Assembly: GCF_036321535.1 (NCBI RefSeq)
Contig: NC_087436.1
Coordinates: 63,614,001-63,678,000, forward strand
Source of the DNA: Camelus dromedarius
Taxonomy: Eukaryota
Reading direction: 5' to 3'
DNA: 64,000 bases
Positions 54,805 to 64,000 of this stretch are shown here, in pieces. Under the pieces are notes generated by a model. That model was not told the origin of the DNA. It did not search any database and saw only the letters and a list, made by a program, of their open reading frames with translations. The position numbers were made by a program, and so were the translations under genes. Position 1 is the first letter of the stretch. Every line of letters starts with the position of its first letter.

Positions 54805-55387
54805 TGACATCTTTATCCAGTCATCTGTCAATGGACATTTAGGCTGTTTTCTTGTTTTAGCTATCGTAAATAATGCTGCTATATACTTGTTTTAGCTATC
54901 GTAAATAATGCTGCTATATACAATGGAATACTACTCAGCCATAAAGAATAATAAAATAATGCCATTTGCAGCATCATGGATGGACTGGAAATCATTATTC
55001 TAAGTGAAGTAAGCCAGAAAGAGAAAGAAAAATAATGTATGATATCATTTATATGTGGAATCTGAAAAAAAAAAAAGACAAATGAACTTATTTACAAAAC
55101 AAAAACACACTCACAGACACAGAAAACAAACTATGGTTACCAGGGAGGGAAGAGAGTGGGAAAGGATAAATTGGGAGTTTGGGATTTGCAGATAATAACT
55201 ACTATATATAAAATAGATAAACAAGCTATACTGTATAGCACAGGAAACTATATTCAATTTCTTGTAGTAACCCATAATGAAGAATATGCAAATGAGTATA
55301 TGTATGTATATCTATGACTGAACTATTATGCTGCACACCAGAAACTGACACAACATTGTAAACTGGATATACTTCAATTACAAAAAG
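54805..55387 (+). mobile_element. Young L1 3' end with 5' inversion (twin priming) and TSD
   Basis: 54807-54885 is minus-strand L1 and ~54915-55385 is plus-strand L1 3' UTR. TSD agaaatatgc(a/g)aa at 54792-54804 and 55388-55400. Confidence 0.85.
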
Positions 55388-55437
55388 AGAAATATGCGAA
55401 CAGATTCACTATGCATCAGCAGCAACTTGTCAAAAGC

Positions 55438-55920
55438 GTGACGGGAAAGATCATTATGATTGATCTTATGTATTGACTCTCTCTCAATTCTATAGACACT
55501 CACAAACTAAAAACTACATTTCCTAGTCTACTTTGAAGCTAAGGTTCTGGAGGCAAAATTGATTTCACTAATTAACTGCATTCCTACCAGATTTAGAAGA
55601 CAGGAATCAAGCACAAGCCCTTTTCCAGGTGTTCCTTCTGATTGTAAGCAGTATCATTGTGACATGAGTACTGAGAGAGAATTTTAGTGGCCATACTCTG
55701 TGTCTAGTGGCCAAATCTTTACAGTTTCGTTGCAGACAAAAGTAGCAACAGTTTCTTGATGTCTGGGTGGCAGGCATGGGAGTGTTCTTGAAATCAGGTG
55801 TCCCCCTGATTCTCACTCCTCTAGCCCTTCTAATCACATTCTAAGCACTTAATTTTCTGTATAAAATTCCTAATAAGTGAAATATCTAAAGGGCCATATT
55901 CTTTCTGTACTATATACTTA
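55438..55920. mobile_element. ERVL-class LTR (LTR33/LTR16-like)
   Basis: aaactacatttcctagtc..tttgaagctaagg...cccttctaat..ttctgtataaaattcc. Confidence 0.55.
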
Positions 55921-55924
55921 CTGA

Positions 55925-57260
55925 GAGGAAAGAAAATTATGTTGGATATTAACAAGAAAACTAAATACATACATCTATTTTTTATATGGATGTAAAGATA
56001 CTATAGAAGATATAAATAAATGGAGATATCTTTCCTGAAACACTGTGTGTATGAAAATTTTTCTAAACTGACATATGCTATTCAAGAAATACCAAGTACA
56101 AAGGGAATTTTTATGGAACTTTAAAAATATGGTTCTAAAGTTCACCTTTAAATATAAATGGTTAAAAATAGATAGAAAATATTTTTAAAAGTGATATAGA
56201 CATTAAGATATATCTCTAGATATTAACACAGCATACTAGAGAAAAATCTGTAAATAGGTTCAAAAAGCCAGAATCAATGGCAGAAAAAATTTTATTAGAT
56301 CTAAGTAATTATACAATAAAGAAATCATCACAATCAGTGAAGAAAATATAAGTTAAGCAACAAATGATTTTGTGAAAAATAGAAATAAAAAAGCACAAGT
56401 TATGCCTTACATCATAATTCAAATTTAGTTCCAGTTTGTTTAACTAAACTTAGAACTCAATTATCATATACACTAAAGGATTTGTCGAGGGTCTATTTAA
56501 ACATTATGTAAATGATTTAAGGATGGGCATGGGCTTTTTTGAACAAACATCAACTGCAACAAATGACAAAGAAAAGTAAAGTTTGTCACTAGGCAAATGT
56601 AGATTTTTTTGCCAACAACCTCTTATATCAGATTGAAGACAAAACATTGAGAGAAATATTGGCAGTAAACATGAGAGACAAAAGGTTAATTATGCAGAGA
56701 ATACAAAGTGAGTAAGAAAGCATGTCACTGTAAAACTGAGAAAAACTTCAAAAGACAATTTTCTTATCTTCAGTAATAAACTATGAAATGAATTTAAGAC
56801 AAAATAATCTTCACATTTTAAAAATGAGCTTCTGGAAATTTTTATTATTAAATAGAGCTGCAGATAAATGATTTAAGAAAGAACATTGCAGTATTGTTTA
56901 AAATGATGAAAATTAGAAATGATTTAAATTTCGACACTAGGGGAACTTTATGCTATATCTAAGAATGATGGGGGGGCATTAAGACCTTATATTCTTATAA
57001 TAAAAAGAGAAAAATGCTCAAAACATTGGTGTACATGATAAAAATAAGCATTTAATATTTTAATAAAGAAATCAGTCATTTAAAGGGAGTTATTTATTAA
57101 ATAAATAAATATCTATCTAAATATACTTCCTGGAAGTAAATATACCAGAATATCAGCTGATTGCAGCGTTAGAAGTGATTTTTATTTACTTTATACTTTT
57201 CTATTTATTTTCTGTAATAGCATATATTAATTGCATCACCCAACAAAATAAATAATATTT
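55925..57260 (+). mobile_element. Old L1ME-type ORF2/3' fragment
   Basis: agaagatataaataaatggagat...ttctaaagttcac...ccttacatcata; A-rich and degenerate. Confidence 0.65.
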
Positions 57261-57835
57261 GAGTACAGGTGACAGATTTAACCTACACTAACTTAAGAAG
57301 GAAAAGTGTTGGCTTGTGAAATAGAATTTTCCTTCCAGTGTGAACTTCTAAAGCAGGCTTGATCCTGGGACACAATGTTGGCAAACCCTAATCCTCAAAT
57401 TTCTCAGCTCTACTTCAACTGTGTTAGCTCCATTCTCAGGCTGACTCTTACAGCTAATTTACCAGCATTTTTGTCTAATTTGTTCACTTCTGCATCCCAA
57501 GTGCGTGAGCTAGGCACATGGTAGGTGTTGGTTAATATTTTGTTAAGTAAATAATTAAGTTAATGGATAAGTTAATGAGGGATGGTTATAGTAATGCCAG
57601 CTTTTCATTCTTCCAGCTTCAATTCAGCAGAAAACAGTTTGTCCATCTGTGTCAGTACCCCTAGTCCAAATCTTATGAATTCCCTTAGACCATCTTTGAA
57701 TCAAACAATGTGATTCTCCATCCAGATATGTGCATAGCACAAACTCAAAAGATAATAACCTACTTCAATCAAGGATGGAGGAATGAGTGGTACCCCAGAT
57801 GGAAACTGAAGTATCATTATCAAGAGAATATGGTA

Positions 57836-58466
57836 TTTCTCTAATAATTAGCAATATTGAACACTTTTTTAATGTGCTTATTGGCCACTTGTATGTCTTA
57901 ATTGGAGAATTGCAAGTCTAGGTCTTCTGCCCAATTTTGGATTGGGTTGTATGTTTTTCATTAAGTTGTATGACCTGTTTATATAGTCTGGAAATTAAGC
58001 CCTTGTCAGTCTCATCTTTTGTAAACATTTTCTCCCATACTGTAGGTTGTCTTTTTGTTTTGCTTATGGTTTCCTTTGCTGTGCAAAAGCTTGTAAGTTT
58101 AATTAGGTCCCATTTATTTATTTTCACTTTTATTTCTATTTCTTGCTAAGATTTAGGTCAGATAATGTTTTGCCTATGTTTTCTTCTAGGAGATTTATAG
58201 TGTCTTTAAGTCTTTAAGCCATTTTGAGTTTATTACTGTATAGCACAGAGAACTATATTCAATATCTTGTACTAACTTATGGTGAAAAAGAATATGAAAA
58301 CACATATATGTATATTCATGTATGACTGAAGCATTATGCTATACACCAGGAATTGATACAACACTGTAAACTGACCATACTTCAATTAAAAAATATGCAT
58401 ACATAAATGAAAAAAATACAATTTCACAGATACTAATAAATTATAAATAGTAACAGGCAAAAAAAA
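57836..58466. mobile_element. Young L1 with 5' inversion and candidate 3' transduction, inserted into an MLT1 LTR
   Basis: 57836-58232 is minus-strand L1 ORF2 ([23 protein letters not shown]) and 58235-58393 is a plus-strand L1 tail, followed by ~65 bp with AATAAA (58435-58440) and A8. Confidence 0.8.
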
Positions 58467-58972
58467 TGTATGTGGTATAGTTGTTAGGAAGTCAAAAGAT
58501 GGCAGTCACTACTGTATATCTTCATAAATAGAAATATCCATCCATAAGCACAAGCTTAATATTTAAGTCATGCCTATGAAGCAATACCTACACTTCCCTC
58601 AGTTAATAAGGGAAGACTTAAGAAACATCCCATAAAATCATTCAGGGTTAATGCTTTGCAAAATGCTTTGGGATTGGTTGATTGAGCCAAGAGACTCCAA
58701 GTTTGCAGTTGGCTGCTCAAAATGAAATCAATAAAAGCTTTTCTTGGTAGAGGGGATCACACAGGATAGGGTGTAAGTCTGAAGCAAACTAAAAACGTGA
58801 TGACCTGTTAAGACATATTGGTTACCTTTTATTAAAAAGTAAAAACAAACCACAAGAATGGATGATCTCACTCACTAAAGACCTTTCCATTACACTTTTA
58901 CCTTCAGTGTTCTTCAGTGAATTGGTAAAATGCTTTTTGAACTGGTTTCAAGGCACAAATCCATTGACTTAC

Positions 58973-59026
58973 TCAGAGGCTCGGCTATCGATACACAGAC
59001 TCCAGGATGTCTGGCACACCAATCAC
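58973..59026 (-). pseudogene. Candidate exon (54 nt) of the minus-strand gene
   Basis: Strong donor TGA|gtaagt, weak acceptor (ctgcctggag), two CpGs. Phase-2 reading *LVCQTSWSLCIDSRAS(D); phase-0 reading VIGVPDILESVYR*PSL*. Confidence 0.4.
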
Positions 59027-59419
59027 CTCCAGGCAGTGTTTTAAATGAAGGGTAGGTGAACTGCTTTTATATTTATTGTAGACTTTCATTTATTGATTAA
59101 GAATTATAGTGAACAATGAAATATGAAAAATAGCCTATTGCCTAATATTTCCATATAATATGTTGATAATGAAACTCATTAGGATTCTATAAACCATTCC
59201 AGTATCCTTTAAAAAGTGTTTCGTAAACATTTTGCAAGGAGACCCCTAACAATTTTCTCGAGTTTCACTCAAATAAACCATTTCCCCATTCTGTATATAT
59301 GGAACCTGAAATGCAAACGTTAATGTTTCAACTTTGATTCCTAGAGATGATTACTTACTTGAAATACCTACATTGTATTCGTTCAGTGATCATATATTGA
59401 GAGTTTACTCTCCTGAAGG

Positions 59420-59630
59420 CATTATGGCATACAGACTCTGGGATCAACACTTTGCTTTACCACATACTAGCTATGTGACCTGGCAAAGTTTTTTAAACTG
59501 CCTGTTTCAATCTCTTCAACTATAAGAGATATGAGAGCATCTACATGTATAAGGTTTTGTAAATAAGTTAATACTTGTAAGTCACTTAGGAAAAACTGAT
59601 GTAGTAAATGCTCTATAAATATTGGCTAAT
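59420..59630 (+). mobile_element. MIR SINE
   Basis: catactagctatgtgacctggcaaag...tagtaaatgctctataaat. Confidence 0.7.
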
Positions 59631-59639
59631 ATTTTTATA

Positions 59640-60055
59640 TGTAAGGTTTATGACTCCCCAATATGGCAGAGATGAGTAGCTGCATACTCCAATTATGTGG
59701 ACTAGAAATGCATGACTCTTTTTCTGTTAAGTGTAGCCATATGACTAAGCTACAGCTAAAGGAACATAAGTGAGGCGTGCCAGTCGTACATAAACTTCCT
59801 CACATCCCCTGCCCATTCTCCCTTCTGGCTGGCTGGAACATTAATGCCAGTGTTAGCTTTGGAAAACACTTGCTCCAAATTGCAGAGTCTAACAGCCTGG
59901 GTTCCTGAGTGCAGAGGAGAGCTGCACAGCTAACCTGTCCACTTGCCCAGGACTTTTCCATGGGCATGAAATAAGCTTCTATTGAGTAGAGACATTACTT
60001 TGGGGGATTCTTTTTTTTGTTTGTTTTTTACTATATCCTATGCTTTTCTAATTGA
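59640..60055 (+). mobile_element. MLT1-type MaLR LTR
   Basis: gtgtagccatatgactaag...agcctgggttcctgag...gaaataagcttctattg. Confidence 0.65.
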
Positions 60056-61399
60056 TGTAAGAAGCAAGAAATAAAAGATCAATGACACATTGCTTGGTTA
60101 AAGGAACTTTTAAGCTTGTAAGCAGCAGAAACACACACAAATTAAAAGCTCAGTGCTGTGAGAGGTCTCCAAATGAAATAGTATCTTGAATTATCAGAAC
60201 CCAGGGGGATTCCAGGAAGACAACAGGTAATACTCAGCTGGGAAATCTTTGCCCGTCCCTTACATTTGTGCCTTTTGATCTATGGCTTCAAGCGGGGAAG
60301 GAATCATGACAAATATTCATAGGTTCTCAGGCACAAGGAACACCATGAACAAAGAGGCAAAGTGAGAGAGTGTCAAATATTTTTAGGACAAGAGCAAATA
60401 CTAGATTTGCCTGGAGTGAAATAATGAGTTATCAAAGATGGAAAGGTAGGCTAGTATCAGATTTTTTAAAAATCTTTATTTCCATATGTAAATATTCAGG
60501 ATGGATTTGATATGGAAGGGAGAACACCTGAAGGTATGACAGCAGAGGACAGTGATTATCTATTTTATGTCCCTTCATGATGTGACTCTTGATCCATTTT
60601 CTGCTTTTCATACTCCACAATTCAGCAACATCAAACTGCTTAACTGTGCCCGACTTTTGCTCTTTCACATCTCTCTACCTTTGTATATGCTTCTTCCTTC
60701 ACTGCAGTACCACCTAGCTTAGACGTCACCTTCAAGAAAACTCACCTCACTTTCTCAAGGTTAAGTATTTGATTGTTCAGACACTACACTGTGTATATGA
60801 CTCTGGACATGGTAGTTGCCCAGTAACTGTGTTTAATGAGTACATTCTACCATGGATTGCCTCATACTCTTTTTCTTATAATAAGTGAACTCCTGGAATA
60901 AATATACTCTTATAATATCTCACCCAGCAATTTTATCACTAGCAATTAACATTGTTTGACACATAGTACACCCTTAATAATGTTTATTGAACTAAATTGA
61001 CGTATGGTATGGGTTAATGTGCTGAAAAAATAGAAGTAGGGAAACTCTTTAGAAACATACCAAATTCTCGTCCTTAAGTAAGCACCATGTAAAGTTTTGT
61101 TCAAACTCATTGTTCATGTTATAGAGCAACAAAAAAAGGGACCCATTACTGAATTAGCAGCTAATACAATATAAATAAGTTTGGGATGCCACAGGCCATT
61201 TTTAAAAGCATGATGTTCTTTGGATTGATGCTTTTAAATAGTTGTGAGAATAAAACTGATGTACTCAGCAGTCAGTGCTATCACAGAAAAATAGGCTGAT
61301 TTACCAAAAGGTCTGTTGTGTAGATAATCATATACTAAATCTAAGGCAAATACAATTTTTAAATATAATAATATAACTTAAAATATGACTTAAAGTATA

Positions 61400-62230
61400 G
61401 TGCTATTGTAATTTTTCAGAGATTTGTGAACCAGACTTAGAAAAATATTCTGTGAGGACTCCAACTCACTTGATCAGCTCTCTGGCTGCTAGAATCTTAA
61501 CTATAGATGTCAGTTTGGTCTGCATGTTTCTTTTTTAAAAATATTTAAAAGTATTTAAAATATTTAAAAATTTTTTAAATCAAAATATTTAAAATACTTA
61601 AAAATATTTGTTATGTATTTTTACTTGATGAGTTGAAATTAAGAGTCATTATAACTTATTATCCAAATAATTCATTTTAATATTAGTATATTCATAAAGA
61701 CCACAAAATATGCATGACATAAAATCCGTTGTTCTTAGGTGTTAGTAAAACTTACATGCATGAGTCATTAGGGAAATGTTAAATTTTTCTGTTGCATTTT
61801 GCTTAAACTGGATTGATCATAAATTTTTCTCTTGCATTTGACTTCAACTGGATCGATCATATCTTTACAAGAATACTGACATGCTAATTTCAGAGCTATA
61901 TCAACTTATGTAATTACAGAATAGCTATTCCTTAAAATATAGATTTCATCATGTGCGCTTATAACCCTAACATTTTATTTATGTTACTGTTGATGCTGTA
62001 GGGATTCCCTTAAACACCATAGTTGTATGTGATGGCCTGGGAATGACTTCTATGCCGAGATGAAAGAGAATTTATAGATTTTTCTTAACTTTTGATGAGA
62101 GTAAAACACCGTCTACACAGAGCATCATAGAAGATGTTTCTTGCATTCTTAAAGGTTATGCTATCTGTGATTATATCTTGTGTTGAACTATTATTTCCTC
62201 AAGTATCAATAAATGAAAGTGAGAAGAGGG
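61400..62230 (-). mobile_element. Ancient hAT-Tip100-like transposase C-terminal fossil, interrupted by an AT-rich tract
   Basis: Minus-strand readings FKNARNIFYDA, KIYKFSFI, VDIALKLAC..SC..DRSSLSKM (FPNV.IAL..SCERSFSKL-like) and NMQTKLTSIVKILAARELIK (TM.QERL..LA.L.IE-like). Confidence 0.5.
61781..61860 (+). repeat. 40-bp tandem duplication (2 copies, 5 mismatches)
   Basis: aaatttttctgttgcattttgcttaaactggattgatcat / aaatttttctcttgcatttgacttcaactggatcgatcat. Confidence 0.9.
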
Positions 62231-62349
62231 GCTAACTTATTGCCTCCCTATTTTTGTTTACATTTTCTTGGTTTACATCCTTAATATAGTTCACATAATG
62301 ATAAAATAATTGATGTCTGTGAACAGCATCTATAGATAGTCTACACAGA

Positions 62350-62575
62350 GAGGCAGGGGAAGCAATTAGAAGCATCAGCTTGGGAGGCAGTGAGACTGGT
62401 TGTAATTGGTTGTGTCAGATGACACTGGAGAAGTTACTAATCCTCTAAGACTAGATTTTTTTTAATCTGCAAAATAAAAAAAAATTATAGTACTTGCCTA
62501 TTAGGACTGCTATGAGCATGAAATGAGTGAGTAATATATAAAACTCTTAGAAGGTAGGCACCATACATGTGTTTG
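62350..62575 (+). mobile_element. MIR SINE
   Basis: aagttactaatcctct...atctgcaaaat..atagtacttgcc..aggactgctatgag. Confidence 0.65.
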
Positions 62576-62576
62576 C

Positions 62577-63085
62577 TGGAATATTACTCAGCTATAAAAA
62601 AGAAGGAAATCCTGCCATTTGCAACAACATGGATGGAACTTAAGGGTATTATGCTAGGTGAATCAGAGAGAGAGAAAGATACCATATGATCTCATTTAAA
62701 TGTGAAACTTATAAACCAAAAAAAACTGAGCTCATGGATACAGAGAACAGTTTGGTGGTTGCCAGAGGGAAATGAAGGGTGCAAATTTTTGCAGGGTGAA
62801 AGGGGTTAAAAAGTACAAACTTCTAGCTATAAAATAAGTCATGGAGATGTGATTTAGAACATGGTGAGTATAGTTAATAATTCTGTATTATATACTTGAA
62901 AGTTGCTAACAGAGTGAATTCTAAAAGTTTTCATCACAGGAAAAAAATTTGTAACTATGTATGGTGATGGATGTTAACTAGATTTATTGTGGTGATCATT
63001 TCACAATATATACAAATATCAATTATGGTCAACACCTGAAACTATTATGTCAACTATATCTGGACAAATTTTTTTAAAAAAACTA
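62577..63085 (+). mobile_element. L1MA-type 3' UTR
   Basis: tggaatattactcagctataaaaaagaaggaaatcctgccatttgcaacaacatggatgg...aaagttgctaacagag...gtcaactatatct. Confidence 0.9.
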
Positions 63086-63499
63086 TTCATAGGAAAAAAA
63101 ATTGCTTTTGGAATACAGAATGGTTTGTTCTTAGCATGAGATTATATTAGAATTGTCTGAAAGATTTGATTTAGAGACTAATAATATAGGATAGTATAAA
63201 ACAACATAATTTAATATATAATCTTGAATTACTCTAATTAAGAATGTAGTTATTTAAAGCATTCAGTCAAAACCAATACAAATATAAATTTCATTCAGGT
63301 CTTTAATATTCCCTAGGAAATTTTTAGACATCTCTCCTACTCATTCTCCTTAGTAGATATCCCTAAATGTTCACATGTCTTCTCAGAGCTTCTGTATTAT
63401 TTATTCCTCAGCCTTGGCCTACTTTACTGAACAATCAGTGATAGCAGCTAAGCACTGTTTCAACTTCCTTCCAGGCCAAGAACAAATCTATTAGAATCC

Positions 63500-63930
63500 A
63501 CACTTTCCTTCTTCAATGAGAGAGTATCTACCTGTTGTGTTTTCTGTGTCCTCATCACTCATCTTTTTGGAGACTCTGCTCTATCATCAACTCTGCACTG
63601 GAACAAGTCGCCTTGAAGGTTTCTAAGTATCTCAAGCTCAACATATCTTAAACTGGATTATTAAATCCTAGTAAGCCATCTTTCTTCTCTTTCCTATCTT
63701 AGTGAATGGGACCACCATCTACCCCATTACTCAGTTTTGACCCTGAAGTCATCCTTGAACACTTCTATTCCGTAATTCATTGCATTTATTCTAAAATATT
63801 TTCTTTTGGCTTTAGATCCAAACATTCTTCCCTTTTCTCCCTAAAATGACACTACTTTATCTACTATCATCCATATGCTCATGTTTAAATGACTGCAACA
63901 GGCTTCTACCTGGATGTCCTACATCTAAAC
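63500..63930 (+). mobile_element. L2 fragment
   Basis: atctcaagctcaacatatc...cctatcttagtgaatgggaccaccatct...gactgcaacaggcttct. Confidence 0.7.
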
Positions 63931-64000
63931 TTGAGGTCTTAAGAAACAAGAACAATAATAATTAAAATCCCACTCTTTAGCCAGTAGTGTATTGGTGACA

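Larger units (their letters stand above)
5460..59026 (-). pseudogene. 3' portion of an unidentified multi-exon gene (nine exon-like segments), likely disrupted or a unitary pseudogene; 5' end not identified
   Basis: Minus-strand segments 58973-59026 (54 nt), 53455-53529 (75), 39623-39679 (57), 38775-38939 (165), 27385-27465 (81), 14306-14362 (57), 11295-11420 (126), 9236-9309 (74) and 5755 downward. Each internal segment is bounded by AG/GT and several are locally richer in GC/CpG than their flanks. The first seven are multiples of 3. Every frame of the spliced product contains stops; the phase-2 frame has the fewest. Confidence 0.6.

Noticed and set aside
61470..61519. Apparent exon with a gtgagt donor (TKLTSIVKILAARELI)
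   Set aside because: No credible acceptor; it fits the end of the Tip100-like transposase relic.
1..64000. Systematic stop-codon recoding or readthrough (many stops, few frameshifts, in an initial exon model)
   Set aside because: An artefact of forcing one frame through segments that proved to be transposon fossils. Stop density was close to what an AT-rich off-frame reading gives.
1..64000. CRISPR arrays, tRNA/rRNA genes, CpG-island promoter
   Set aside because: No repeat-spacer arrays, no RNA-gene signatures and no CpG island were seen; the sequence is mammalian intronic/intergenic DNA.

Overview
AT-rich, CpG-poor, repeat-dense mammalian genomic DNA. It is probably camelid: the young L1 3' ends have the '...aactgactatacttcaataaaa' form, and I saw no Alu, B1/B2, Bov-tA or PRE1 SINEs. 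No long single-exon ORF in the track is a credible gene. Main results: (1) A chain of nine short minus-strand exon-like segments runs from about 59.0 kb to about 5.5 kb. They have canonical AG/GT sites and all seven upstream internal segments are multiples of 3 nt. This looks like the 3' part of a multi-exon gene I cannot name, probably partly decayed (pseudogene or disrupted allele). (2) A near full-length but heavily mutated ZBED1/ZBED4-like hAT (Ac-group) transposase fossil lies at about 14.9-16.5 kb, inside one of those introns. (3) Other very old coding fossils are present: an RTE-like reverse transcriptase at about 2.4-3.5 kb, a possible CR1/L2-like RT at 26.4-27.0 kb and a hAT-Tip100-like C-terminus at 61.4-62.2 kb. 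(4) A nearly full-length L1 (about 20.0-25.2 kb) has two internal deletions, two nested young L1 tails and a nested mRNA 3'-UTR retrocopy. (5) Several young L1 insertions show TSDs, twin-priming inversions, a candidate 3' transduction and an insertion at the apex of a palindrome. (6) There are many solo LTRs, MaLRs, MER DNA elements, MIR, L2 and L3 copies. Repeat family names come from recalled consensus motifs, not from a database search.
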